Assembly (NCBI GenBank): GCA_963920595.1
Contig: OY986947.1
Location: forward strand, 1,116,001-1,180,000
Reading direction: 5' to 3'
DNA from: Eimeria praecox
Taxonomy: Eukaryota
Length of the DNA: 64,000 nucleotides
This document shows, piece after piece, positions 13,605 through 26,516 of the stretch (the first letter of the stretch is position 1; every line of letters starts with the position of its first letter). The position numbers and the translations under genes are program-made. Below the pieces are notes generated by a model. That model saw nothing but the letters and a program-made list of their open reading frames with translations, did not search any database and was not told where the DNA came from.

Positions 13605-14611
13605 AGGGAGTTTCTAGAGGGGCACCCACTGGGGTATATGGAGGCCCTGGGGGCCCCTTAAAGGGTATTTGGAGGCCCCTGAGGGTTATATGCGGGCCCT
13701 GGGGGCTTCTAAAGAGTATATGGGGGCCCCTAAGAAGTAATAAGGGGCTCTCCAGGGGGCTATGAGGGCCTCGACAGACCGACTTGGCAGCGACACCAAA
13801 CTGAAAGGTATAAACAGGGAGCCCGTAGGGGCACAGCTGTTGCTGCTGTAGTGCTGCAGCAGCAGCAGCAACAGCTGCAAGCAGCAACAGCTGCAGCAGC
13901 TCCTGCTGCTGCCGTTGCTAGAAGGCTCCCTGTTGGCGGTGCATTCGGGGGTAGCTAGCTTTGAGGATGGATGTCGTGCTGGAGTGTACAGACGATGTTG
14001 TCTGCTGCATGCAGCTCCCGCAGCAGCAGCAGCAGCAGCAGCAGCAACTGCATGCAGCAACAGCTGCAGCAGCAGCTGCTGCTGCATGCAGCCCCGTGGG
14101 GGTCTAAATCTGCAAGCATGATATATTTATTTTTTGCTGCTGTCTCTAAATGGAGACAGAGAAGAAACATGTTAAGTGTTTGTCTGCTGCTGCTGCTGCT
14201 GTCCGAGTTGTTGCTGTCTCATCCTTCGTTTATTAAATAAATAAATTATGTATTTAATAAACCCCACGCAATCAAAAGAAGGAGACATTGAGGAGGAGGA
14301 GAAGCTGCAGCATTCAGGTGTATGGACACCAGAAAGAGAGAGAGAGAGAGAGAGAATATATCGTACTGTCTCCTTTTAAAGAAACATCGTTCGTCTCCTT
14401 CCCCAAACCCTAAGCCCTAAACGCTAAATAAAAAGAAGATGTGGTGTTTGTTTGTTAATTAGGTTTGTTTATAATCAAACACTTTAGACAAACAAAGAAA
14501 ATAAATAGAGGGACCTCAGCTGTATGTACACCTCACTAATCCAACAGTTGCTGCACCATAATAAAAACGTCTTTCTCTCTTTTTGCTGCATCTCAGATTA
14601 CTAATTTGCTT

Positions 14612-14699
<88 letters not shown>

Positions 14700-15065
14700 T
14701 ATTATATAGAATATCTATTCCTTACACCTCAAATACATCCCTCTATCATCATATTTAATATATTTAAATATATTAAATCTTTTTTAGATTATTGATTTGC
14801 ATTAATAATGCCTCAAATCCATTTCCTGCTGAGCTGACAAGCCCAGGGGAAACCCTAAACCCTAGACCCTAGACCCTAGACCCTAAACCCTAGACCCTAA
14901 ACCCTAAACCCTAGAAAGCATCAAGCAGACAAACACTTGTAGAGCTGCAAAGTTTCTGAAGGAGGAGACAGACAGCGCATGCAACGCCTCTCTGCCTCAT
15001 CTTTGATTTTTTGTATGTTTATGTCTGTACACCCGAAGGGTTAAGTAGTTTAAGATAAACTGTCT

Positions 15066-15132
<67 letters not shown>

Positions 15133-16893
15133 CCTATTTCATTGTCTTTTACCATTTCTATTAAAGCTACCCTTCCCTCCTCAGGTGAAGCACAAGGAGA
15201 GGCTGTTGCATGCACATCCAGCCCCAAACTACAAGCATGTCGACACCCTCTACCTGTCACCTTTCTGGTGTATGTACACTAGAGAGCAACAAAGCCTCTG
15301 TTGAGCTTTTCTACTTTGACCTGAGCTGTACATACACTGCATAGGGGCTGGCAACATAACAACATGAGCATGGCTTAGATGCCTTCGGGTGTATCGACAG
15401 TACAGCAAACAGAATCTGCAGAGGCGATGGAACTGCAAGAGGTGTTGAAGGAGCATTTGCTATACAGGTGAGTTATATGGGGGGGCCTCAATAGACAGCT
15501 CGTCTCGTCTGGCCTCGAATAATACTACAACTAGAATGTTTATAAATTTTATTTGTTTGTAGATATTGTCTTGTCTGCAGTAGCGGCAATAATAAGAAAC
15601 TGTTGCAGTCATCTACCTCTGTCTGTTTACTTCCTCAGGATTAAAGAAGATGCGTATTCAAGGTTTATATGTTCTAATCACCTAATTTGGAGTGTACAGA
15701 CAGGAAGAAGCTACGAAGAAACAGAAAAACAACACTCCAACCAATACCAAACTGCCTTGTTGCTGAAGCAATGATCGGGGTTAAGGGAATATATAAGGCC
15801 AGTAGGCTTTGTTGCTTTTGAATTGTGGCTTCCACTCATAATAATAAAACATAATAAAGCAAAAACAAACAAAGACGAGACTGAGAAGCCCTGATGGTCT
15901 TATGAGGCGTGCAGGTCTGCTAGTTGACCGTCGGGTGTACATACAGTTGATAGTGAGGATGTTGCTTTGAGGTGTATTAAATAGGCATCAAGACACCTTA
16001 AAATAAATGAAATTTTCTCTTCTATTCATTTTCATTTAATTTAAAAAAGAAGAAAGATAAGAAACAGTTGAGAAAGCCGAAAATATATCGCATCGGGAGA
16101 GCCCCACGCCTGCTGGTGTTCCCCCTCCACGAGTCGCTGCTGGCCCCCGCGTACATCTCTCTCTCTGTCATTTATCAATTATACGAGCAGTTTTATATTT
16201 ATAAAGTTGATTTTTTATTGAGTCTCAACAAATATTAAATAAATTAATCCTCTGGAGGCCCATAAAAATTATTTGGGTGTCTGTCCAGAGGCTGGGGGGT
16301 AGGGGAAACAGTCTCGTGGGGGAGGGAAGGCCTAGACTGCTGTTCCTTGCATTTATATTTTTCGCTCTTTTTCGTTCGTTCTTCTTTATAAAGTATTACA
16401 AAGTATTTGAATACACATTCCAGTTCTATTAAACCCATTTAATCCCCATATACTGGCAGACCCGCATCAAAAACAAACAAAAGACAGACTCGTGCTGGTC
16501 GCCTTCACTGGTCTCGCTCCCCTATACATTCTGAGCGGCATTTAGACAACCCCGCAGCTCTTCGCTGCTTTTGAATCTTCTTTTGGTGGCCTTGAGGTGT
16601 ACAGACACCCCAAAAATTGTCTGATAAACACCCTCAAAGCCCCCACTAGCCTGCAGCTGAGGGGCCAGGTGTCTGCCGTCTCGTGTTGTGCATGCAACGC
16701 AGCCCCTAAGACATACTTTTCATTGTTTTATCAATCTCCAAGGTGTTTCATGGCTCGTACAAGTCCTCTCCTTCCTCGGGCCTCCTCTTCACAGCCTCGA
16801 GCTGGCTAGCCAGTGAGCTAGCTAGCCAGCTAGCCAAATAAACAGCTAGCCAGCTAGCCATATAGCCTCCCTTCCCCCTGTTTTCAGCTAGTC

Positions 16894-16997
16894 ATGGAGC
16901 CCATCAAAGGCGGCCTGCCCCCCAAAGAAAGGGGGGGCCCAAAGGACCAGCCAGAGGGGGGTCTGTCACCTTCGCAACAGCAACAGCAACAGCAGCA

Positions 16998-17034
<37 letters not shown>

Positions 17035-18497
17035 CAAACAGAAGAGAAGCCAAGAACCGTATCCAAGCGAAAGATGGGGGGGCCTGGCAGAGGAAGCGTC
17101 CGTCTCGCCTGGGATCGCTTTTTTAGGTAGTCGATCCCGATTCCTGTCTTGCATGCGTCTCCAGTCTCTTGCATGTTTACTTAGTAGTATCACAGGGACC
17201 CCACCCACATGCTGCTGCTGTTGCTGTTGCTGCTGCTGCTGCTGCTGCATGCAGCGAGTAGTTGTTATATGGTTGCCGCTGTTAAAACAAACCTCGTGGC
17301 GTTTGGGGTGTATCGACACTGCAAACAGGGGAGGGGGGTTGACCGTCCACCAGTCTTTTGGTTTATGTTGAATTATATCTGTGCATTTCTTGTCTCTGAA
17401 AGCATGCAAGAAGGAGGGAGGGAGGGAGACGATGGGGTTAGGTATAGGATGTGTTTTATTTGTTGTAGTTGTCTTCACCTTCTTTGTTGTATTTGTTTAT
17501 TATTATTTGTTGTATTGTCTTGTATTATAATATTATGTATTATTTGTTATACTGTTTGTTGTATTATTTGTTTTACTATACACATACCGTATATTATTAT
17601 ATTGTTGTATTATTATTATATTATTTTAATTATATTATTATTAGTATTATATTATTTGTTGTATTATTTATAGTGTTATTTGTAGTATTATTTGTTGTTT
17701 TATGTATTAAATCAATATATAATGTTGTTTGTTGTATTATATATTTGTATATTTGTTTGTTTGTTTTTGTTTATCGCAGGATAAAGATGTGTCCTTGGAT
17801 AGCTGAGGGTTGTTGCCGTCATGGCGATTTGTGCAACTATGCACATACACCCGAGCAGCTTCGTCCGTGGTTGCCTCTCTACAAGACAAAGCTTTGTGAT
17901 GCCTTCAAGCGGGTCTGTCAAGGCTTTGTGGTGTTTGGATGGTTGTTTGCTCTCTGTCTCTTTCCTTCAGCTACTTCGAAGAGAAAGAAGAGAGACCGAT
18001 AAGCAAAACTACTTCGTGGGATACCCTGTGTTGGGGTGTATGTACAACTCTTGTTAACGAGACTTGAAGTGGAGGTGTACATGTACACCGCACGCTCATT
18101 GGACATTTCGGAGTTGTGGTGTATGCGCACTTGGTTGGGGTGTATATACACTTGTTTAGGGTGGATAAGCAGATGGTTAGGGTGTATGTACAGTTGGCTG
18201 GGGTGTATGTACACTTGGCTGGGGTGGATGTACAGTTGGCTGGTTGGGGTGTATGTACACTTGTTTGAGGCCCATAAACAACAGTTGTTTCAGGTATATG
18301 GGTATGTAAAGTTGTTTGGGGTGTATGGGTATGCACAGTAGTTGTTTGGGGTGTATATACAGTTATTTAAGATGCATGTACACCTGAAGGCTTTTGAATT
18401 TACATCTTTCAGGGTGAATGCACCAACGACGACTGCAATTTTGCTCACGGGGCGGAGGAGTTGAGGCATACCACGGGCTATTACAAAGTGAGGGCTT

Positions 18498-18558
<61 letters not shown>

Positions 18559-18937
18559 TATATTTGCATTTAGTGGAGGCTGTGAGTAGTTGGTTGCTAG
18601 CTGGGCTTTCTGCGTCTCCTCGCGCTGTCTCCTGTGTCTAAATACTACTTATGCTGTCTGTTATCTTCTGTCTCTGTTTCTTGTAACGTTGGTGTTGCTG
18701 TCTCCTGTCTCTTGTGTCTCTGAATGTTGTTTTCGTTGCTTTGCCTCCTTTCTGCTGTCTCGGGGCTGTTAGTGGCTGCCTTTCTACTACCTGTCTCCTG
18801 TCTCCTGCCTCTCGATAATATTCTTGTTGTTATCTGTCTGCTGTCTTCTGCTTGCTGTCTGTCTTGATGTTGTTCTTCCTGCTTGCAAGCATAACTATCT
18901 ATCTATCTACCTGTCTATATATCTATGTATCTCTATC

Positions 18938-19007
<70 letters not shown>

Positions 19008-19597
19008 TATGTATGCGAGTACATTTCTTAAGGCCCACGGTGTCTTTGCTGTTTATATAGAATTAAGTGTGTCTCCTTGTTGTGTCTGCTTTGTTTAGAC
19101 TGAGCTTTGCCAACTATGGTTGGCTGGTAGTTGTCCTTCGAGGGAAGTTTGTCGACATGCGCACGGCGTGCACGAGCTGCGTCCTAAGACGTAAGCCTAT
19201 GTCTTGTTGTTGTTATTATTGTTTTGTTTTTATTGTTGCTTCTCTCTTATTCCTCATAATAAACCCATTGCATGCAGCCCCATCCGCCCTCAGCTCCTAG
19301 CTCTCTCCTGGAGGTGGTGGCGGCTCTGAGGTGTACATACACCCCGCGAATGCATGCACATTCGCGAGAAACAGGAGTAAAGCACAAACACAGGGACTAC
19401 TAGGCAGGCTGTACAGACACCCCAAAGGCAGACATACCAACATACCTCAGATGAAGCCCGACAAAATTCTGGGGATATTGCTGAAGTGTTATCTGGCCTT
19501 GGCGTATACAGAGGCATTAGGCGTACCGCGTATCTGTACATCTATATATGCCTGTCTGTATATATGTCTCTATGTCCATATATCTATTATCGCGAGG

Positions 19598-19647
<50 letters not shown>

Positions 19648-19811
19648 TTATTGATCTGTACCTCGCTATCTATCTATCTATCTACGTATTATGTATGTAG
19701 ATAGATATGCAGATAGGTAGAGATATAGATATGGGGGTGGTTAGATGAAATGTATATGCATGCAGACTAGGGTTACTTGCGTCGCATCAACCGTATTACA
19801 TATCTACGTAA

Positions 19812-19897
<86 letters not shown>

Positions 19898-21205
19898 GGT
19901 GTATACATATGCATGCGCATATGATATTATCTAATATCTATATATCTGTATATCTATATATGTAGATATATAGATATATAGATAAATAGATATATATCTA
20001 TATATCTATATATCTATATATCTATATAGATATATGGATATATAGATATACAGGTATGCATGCATGCATATATGAATATGCATGCAAATGTACATATAAT
20101 TGCATAGGCAAATGGATGCGAAGGGTGAGGATTTGGGAGGAGCTGCACGAGCAGACAGACAGAGCGCGTAGCAGCTTCTTTGCTCAGGGCCGCGGCCTGT
20201 TGGGTGTCTCCTGTCTCCTCCGGCCCTCGGTACCTTCATACCTGAGGTCCTCGCTGCCGGATGCAGCTCACTGCTGCTTCAGCTGAGCCTCACCAGCTAG
20301 CTGGCTAGCTAGTTGGCTAGCCAGCTAGCTAGCTTGCTTGTTTGTTTGATTGCTACCTAACGAGACAGCTAGCTAAGCAGCTAGCTAGGCAGCTAGCTAG
20401 CCATCTTGCTTGCTTGCATGCTAGTTACCTTGCTAGGGAGCAGCTTGGCAGCTAGCCAGGCAGCCAGCTAGACAGCCACCTACGCAGCTAGCTAGCTAGT
20501 CAGATATCTATATAGGCAGCTAGCTACATACAGCTAGAGCTGCATAGAGGGTGGGAGGAGGGGGCGCTGGCAAGGGATGTAGGGGGTGTCGGTGTTGCGT
20601 TGTGTGTGTTTGCTGTGTTGGGGTGTATGCACAGCCAGTTGGCTCGGAAGAACATCGCCTTTCTGCTAGGGTCTCAGAATCAGGGGACAGGATCGAAGGA
20701 GACAACAACAGCAACTGAAGAAGAACTAGACACCCCCCCTGCTGGAGGGGGCGGGTCAGGTGCTGCTGAAGCACAGAGCGTTAAAGCTGCAAGGCTGTCG
20801 GAGACAGCAGCTGCTCAGGGCTGCAGCACAACACGGGAGGAGGAGACAGCAGCTGCCCCCCGCACAAAAGGAGACAGCAAAAAGGAGACAGCTGAGGAGA
20901 CAGATAAACAAATCAGACTAGCACTGCAGCGACTCAAATTCAAACACACAACAGACCGCCAGCAACACGCAGCCCAGACAGGCAACAATTCAGTAGGGGC
21001 TCTCTCCCCCGAACAGCAATCGCAGCAGCAGCAGCAGCACCAGCAGCAGCACGAGCAGCATCGGCAGAAGCAGCAACAGCAAAAACAGCAGCAGCAGCAG
21101 CAGCAGCAAGACGAACCCCAGGAAGCCAACAACCTCCTTCAAAACTCCGCTTTAGTGGAATCAGTACACTCGCGCAAGAAGTCTGGAGGGACCAGGAAGG
21201 TGCTG

Positions 21206-21238
<33 letters not shown>

Positions 21239-22623
21239 GAGGGAGGCTCACAGCAGCAGAGGCATCGACGCACAGGGTCTGTCCGTCCGTCGAAGTCATC
21301 AGCGGCTGCTCAACAGCAGCAGCAGCAGCCGCTTCAGCAACAGCAACAAGCACAGCAGCAGGAGACTGGGGGAGCGCGTGTGCTTCGCGGTTTTCGCCTG
21401 TCTCGTGAAGGCGTAGAGGCTCCTCCTTCGAGTGTCTGTACAGCTCAGGGTAACCTGCCGTACCCCACAACACTAAACGGCAGCAAGGGAGCAGCAGCAG
21501 CAGCTGCTGCTGCTGCTGCTGCAGGTCCTGGGAAGATAAGGGTTTCAGAAGCTGCTCTAGGAGCTGCTCCCCCCACCGATGCCCCCGTGTGGTGTATAGG
21601 CACCTCGCCGTCTCCTTCTGTAGGAGACACTCTCTCAGCAGAAGATGCTTCGTGGGCTCTGGGGCCCCCGCTGCAGCTGCCGCCTTGCGGCCCTGCATGC
21701 AGCAGCTGGGGCTCTTTAGGTGCTGCAGTGCCGGGGCGACTGCAGCAGATTGGGGGGGCCCCCACCCCGGCACCTACCCCCTTCCCCGGCTTTGCACAGA
21801 ACGCCTGCGATGTTTCTATTCAGCACAGCCCTTCTATATATCCTTTTTCTCCTTCTTCGGTGGCGCCCTGTCTCTGTCAGCATCACCCCAACGCCGAGCT
21901 GCTACATCGTCACCTGCAACAGCAGCAACAGCAACAACAGCAGCAGCAGCAACAGCAGCCTCCCCAGGTGCAGCAGGTGCAGGTACAGCAGCCGCAGCAG
22001 CAACAGCAGCAGCAGCATGGACAGCACGTCCCCTGTGTCTGTCAGTTAGGTGCTGCATGCGCTGTACAGCCGTCGGGAGGTTACCTCAACGGATTGCAGC
22101 GATCAGTGCCGCTTGCTTCTGCTGCTAGCATGAGTTGGAATCCTCTCCTCATGTCTCCCTCATTCTGTGTTGTACAGGGCCCCTCGAGCAGCTGCCCCCA
22201 ACACAGCTGTGGGCCCCTGAGGGCCCCCCACTGGCATGACACCCTAGGGGGGCCCCTGCACGTGGGAGGAGCTGAAAGAATATTCTGCTGGATGCAACAA
22301 GTCCCCCTCAAGGGTAAACCCTAAACCCTAAACAGCAAACAGCAACAGCAACAGCAACAGCAGCAGCAGCAGCACTTCTGCAGCAGCAGCAGCACTTCTG
22401 CAGCAGCAGCAACAGCGTTGCAGCGACAGCAAGTAGCCATTTCGCGTTGCATGCATTGCTGATAAGCTTTTTGTTCCTGCTGCTGCTGTCGTTGCAGTTG
22501 TTGCTGCTGCTTCTGTGGGGTAGAAGACAGCATTAGTATGTGTATGCGTGTGTTTGCTGTCTGTGTTTGTGTGTCTGTACAGAATTGCAAATGGCTGCCT
22601 CAGCGGAGACGTACGAGGATTGA
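16894..22623 (+). CDS. Triple CCCH zinc-finger (TIS11/TTP-like) RNA-binding protein
   Basis: Exons give [79 protein letters not shown] long Q-rich exon spans ~20635-22313 and the last exon reads [13 protein letters not shown] (stop 22621-22623). Confidence 0.85.
18130..18362. repeat. Degenerate ~21-bp intronic minisatellite (TTGGYTGGGGTGTATGTACAS)
   Basis: About 10 diverged units in an intron of the CCCH gene. Confidence 0.85.
20295..20535. repeat. (GCTA)n-rich tract; similar tracts at ~3540-3635, ~16800-16860 and ~23700
   Basis: AGCTAGCT palindromic tetramer runs. Confidence 0.85.
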
Positions 22624-24227
22624 TGATTTCTTTTCATTTTCTGTCTTTTCATTCTTTTCTGATTGTTTATTATTATTATTATTATTAATTTGGACCTGTC
22701 TACTACTACTACTTCGGAGCTGTTTATTATTTTGAGCTGTTTATTACTTGCTGGCTTGTGAGGGTGAGCTTCAAGCAGCAGCAAGCAGCAGCAAGCAGCA
22801 GCAAGCAGCAGTTACTGCAACGCTAACCCACCTGTAGCAGCAGCATAGCAGCAGCCTAGCATCAGCGGCCTTGCTGCGCATTGGAGCCCTCGTCTTCTTT
22901 TGAAACTGCCCTCCTTGCAGCTCGTACACAAAACGGCCTTGAGAGGGTTTAGGATCTAGGGTTTAGGGTTTAGGGTTTGCGGGCAAGGCTCGCTGGGAAT
23001 ATCGCCCCCATACCCCATGGCCCCTAACGTCTCCTCTGCCTCTAGGTGCTTGTCATAAGACAGGAGAAAGGAGACAGAAAATGAGAGACGGGGAGGCAGG
23101 GGGAAGGGAGGCTGATGCTCAAGGTTGTATGGCTGCTGTATGTCTGCATTTATATTCTGTTTGCCGTTGTGTACAATGAACAAGAAGACATCCCAGCTGT
23201 CTGTACACTTGCTCTGGGGTAGATGAATGCTTGATCGTAGGTAGGGGGGTAGGGATATGGCTGTCTAGCTGGCTGTCCGTCTCACGCTAGTTTGTGTCTG
23301 CCAAAACCCTAAACCTTAATAAATTCGGTGGCGCCCCTGCTGGGTGCTGCTATGTTTGCGTGATGCTACATCGGATATGCGGGGGCTGTGTGTGGCCTGT
23401 GTCCCTGTTGTTCTGTGTTTCCGTGAGTTCCGTTCATCTTGTATGTAAATCGTGTATGTTAGGTGTTATACATAGAGAGGGATGAAGCCTGTTGAGGCTG
23501 TCGTTAAGCCTCAGTTCTATGGGGGACAAAAAACGCCCCTACACATCTCTCTCTCTCTCTACCAGCATAAACTTCTAACCGAACCGCGCCACATCATATA
23601 TTTTTATAAAATTATATCCTATACGTTTTCTGCATACGCTTCGAGGGCCTGCTAGGATGAAACGCCACCTCCTAGCTGCACTAAACTCAAGCTGTCGTGG
23701 TAGCTAGCTAGCTGGCTAGCTAGCTACCTGGGCCCCATCATGGCTACTAGCTGTGACTGCGCGGAAGACGGCGCAGCAACTAGCCAAATAACATCGGGAG
23801 AGGGAAGCAGCAGCAGATAATACTACACTGAGGCCTTAGGGTTCTCTCTGCACAGTGTCTGCCCTAATCAAAGGCTGCAGGAGGTTTATTAATCCTCAGA
23901 CACCGCAACGTTCCTGCTGCTGCCGCTGCTGCTACTAGCACCCAGCCCCCCTGAAGCCTCTCCCCCCAACAACTCAGTGCTGCTACACCAGATGTACACA
24001 GATGTCTTACAAAGGGAGGAAATGGCCAAGAAAGAGGAGGCCAGCTTCGTTGCGCACAAAAAAGATGTTTTCATGTTGTGTCTGTACACTTCGTGAGGCC
24101 TGAGGGATGTAGAACGACACAAAGGAACCCACAAGGCCCATTTTCCATAGCCAGTATCAGCAGCAACAGCAGCAGCAGCAGCAGCGACTGGTTCGCTACG
24201 ACTGGCGCGATGTGATTACAGGCAGCT

Positions 24228-26516
24228 CTAGCTTTGGTTGAACTCAACGATCTCCTGCATCGGCACAACACCGTCTTTGAATCCGTTGCAGTTGCTGCTG
24301 CAGTTGCTGCTATAGTTGCTGCTGTAGTTGCTGCTATAGTTGCTGCTGCAGTTACTGCTGCAGTTGCTGTTGCAGTTGCTGATGCCGTTTCTGGTCCCGT
24401 TGCTGCTGCAGATGCTTGCATTCGTGCTGCCGTTGTGTATGAAATCCTGGGTGTTTGCCGCAGTGTCTAGAAGATTTGTGGGTTCGGGTGGAGGGGGCCC
24501 CCACGGGGAGGGGGTTTGTTGCTGTTCAGTGGGCCCCCTCAATTGCATGCTTTGGCTCTGCATGTGTGTCTGTTTGTCCCCATTCTTAAACAATGCCTTC
24601 CTCAACAAGTAATCGCATAGGGCCCCCGGGCAGAAGCGGCGGGCCTCTGCGATAGAGCAGGTGCCGTACAAGTTTCTGCTGGGGTCTGCTGCAGCACCTG
24701 GAGCAGCAGCAATCACATAGTGAACAACCCCACCACGAACACCACCCTCCGTCGTCGCCTCACCCCGTACAATCTTCAACACTTTCACCCTCCCCGGAAA
24801 TAGATTCTCACAAGGGTATTTGTTTACTAGACCCCCAGAGAAACCTAAGGCGCTGGTCTTCCATAGACTCAGCGGCCGCTTCACCTTCTGTTCAGGGCCC
24901 CACGGACTATCCTTTGCTACCGAGGCACTCATCCCTACAGGTGGGGGCCCCGGCGGCGTCTCTGTTATACACCCTGCAGAGGGTGTGTATGCCTCGGTGC
25001 TGGGGGCCCCCCAGCCTTCCCCAGATGGTGAAACCAGTAGGGGAGAGGGCCCCTGCATGCACGCCCCTCCTCCTTTGTAGTATGAGGAAGCCACGGGGCT
25101 CTGCGCCACTACAGAGCCCTCCGGGGGGGGCGCCGGCGGCCCTTCTGCTGCGGGCGTTGCCAGGGGTCCCTGATAACCCCCACTCAATCCCCAAGAAGAA
25201 GGAGGGGCCCTCATAGCAGCATCATCTCTGTAAGGCATGCATGCTGGTTGTAAGGCGTTGGGGGGCCCTCCAGCACCTGGTCCCCCCCCAGGGGCCCATC
25301 CACCCTCCCGACAGAACCGTGAAGCATCTTCAGCGGCCTCGGGAGGCGTCACCTCCCCCGCTGGAGTGTTGTAAGAAACAGGAGATATAAACAACGAAGA
25401 CGATACAGGGGGTCCCTCCCCTGGAGGAGGATCCCAGGTATATTGCTGCTGCATGCTCTGCTCCGGAGGGCCTCCAAACCCCCGAACGTTTTGCAAAGGG
25501 GCCCCCTGCAAGAAAGGGGGGCCCAATTCCTCATCACTTGGTTCGTTTACTGTGAACCCAGTAGGCTCAGCAGGAGTTGCCCCTGCTGTTTCCGTTTCAG
25601 AGGAAGACTTCCACGAACTCGAAGGGGGCCCCGACACATCCGATCCGGGGGGCCCTCCCCCGTCTTTCCCCACTAGTCTTAAGCGTTTGTATTTCCTTCC
25701 CTTGCCCGCCCTTCCATTCTTCTTAGAGGGAGAGGGGGGCCCCCTACGGCCCCTCAGTTTTGATGTCTCACTTGAAGCATCTGGGGGCCCCTCTTGGGGG
25801 CACTCGGGGTGAGAGGAGGGAGCACCCCCCCTTACCTTCCCACCCCAAGGGGATATAGGGGGGTTTTCAGTTTCCTGATCAGTAGATGGAGTCGCTGGTA
25901 GTCCAGGATCTGCAGTATGACGAGGCAAAGAGCCCCGCCCTCTCCCTCCCTGCAGCATGCTGTCTATACACCGCCGCCTCGTGCGTATGGGCTTTGTACG
26001 GTTACGCCTCTTAGGAAGCCGTGATGCTGAGGTACGAGGACGCCGGATAGAGCTATCTGAATCCGTTTCGGAGTCCTCCCCACTGCTGCTGCTGCTACTA
26101 CTACTACTACTGCTGCTGCTGCTCTGCTGTGGGCAACTGAACTCCGAGCTGCTGCTGCTGCAAACATTGCAGCTGCTGCTGCTGATGCTGCTGCTGCTGC
26201 TATCCTGGCCACTCTCCGTTTCATGTTCTTGAACAGGACTCGTAGGAGAGGCACTTTGATCTGGTACTCTGTTTCTTGTTGTATTTGTTCGGTTGTTTCC
26301 CCCTAACGTTTTTTTCTGTGCTCGCTTGGCTAAGTATTGTCTTTCCATTTCTTCCATTTGGTGTTTGAAGGCGAAGCTGCTATCCATGAGTAGATTCTTA
26401 CGCGATTCCCAGGTATCATCCTTAGGGCCATAGCCCTGCCATCGCACGCGCCACTCTGGTGTTCTGCCATTGTATCGAAACGCAACAAGCTTCTCTACAG
26501 TGTAAATGTCTGACAT
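24228..26516 (-). CDS. Chromodomain protein with C-terminal chromoshadow-like domain (HP1-like architecture)
   Basis: MSDIYTVEKLVAFRYNGRTPEWRVRWQGYGPKDDTWESRKNL is a chromodomain with the Y/W/Y cage. A long P/S/G linker follows, then KVLKIVRG..VVHYVI..SIAEARRFCPGALCDYLLRKALF, resembling the chromoshadow EAxxxCPxxxxxFY end. One uninterrupted ORF. Confidence 0.8.
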   Translation of the reverse strand: MSDIYTVEKLVAFRYNGRTPEWRVRWQGYGPKDDTWESRKNLLMDSSFAFKHQMEEMERQYLAKRAQKKTLGGNNRTNTTRNRVPDQSASPTSPVQEHETESGQDSSSSSISSSSCNVCSSSSSEFSCPQQSSSSSSSSSSSSSSGEDSETDSDSSIRRPRTSASRLPKRRNRTKPIRTRRRCIDSMLQGGRGRGSLPRHTADPGLPATPSTDQETENPPISPWGGKVRGGAPSSHPECPQEGPPDASSETSKLRGRRGPPSPSKKNGRAGKGRKYKRLRLVGKDGGGPPGSDVSGPPSSSWKSSSETETAGATPAEPTGFTVNEPSDEELGPPFLQGAPLQNVRGFGGPPEQSMQQQYTWDPPPGEGPPVSSSLFISPVSYNTPAGEVTPPEAAEDASRFCREGGWAPGGGPGAGGPPNALQPACMPYRDDAAMRAPPSSWGLSGGYQGPLATPAAEGPPAPPPEGSVVAQSPVASSYYKGGGACMQGPSPLLVSPSGEGWGAPSTEAYTPSAGCITETPPGPPPVGMSASVAKDSPWGPEQKVKRPLSLWKTSALGFSGGLVNKYPCENLFPGRVKVLKIVRGEATTEGGVRGGVVHYVIAAAPGAAADPSRNLYGTCSIAEARRFCPGALCDYLLRKALFKNGDKQTHMQSQSMQLRGPTEQQQTPSPWGPPPPEPTNLLDTAANTQDFIHNGSTNASICSSNGTRNGISNCNSNCSSNCSSNYSSNYSSNYSSNCSSNCNGFKDGVVPMQEIVEFNQS

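Noticed and set aside
15380..15470. Possible small exon MPSGVSTVQQTESAEAMELQEVLKEHLLY followed by GTGAG
   Set aside because: No convincing partner exons or recognisable domain.
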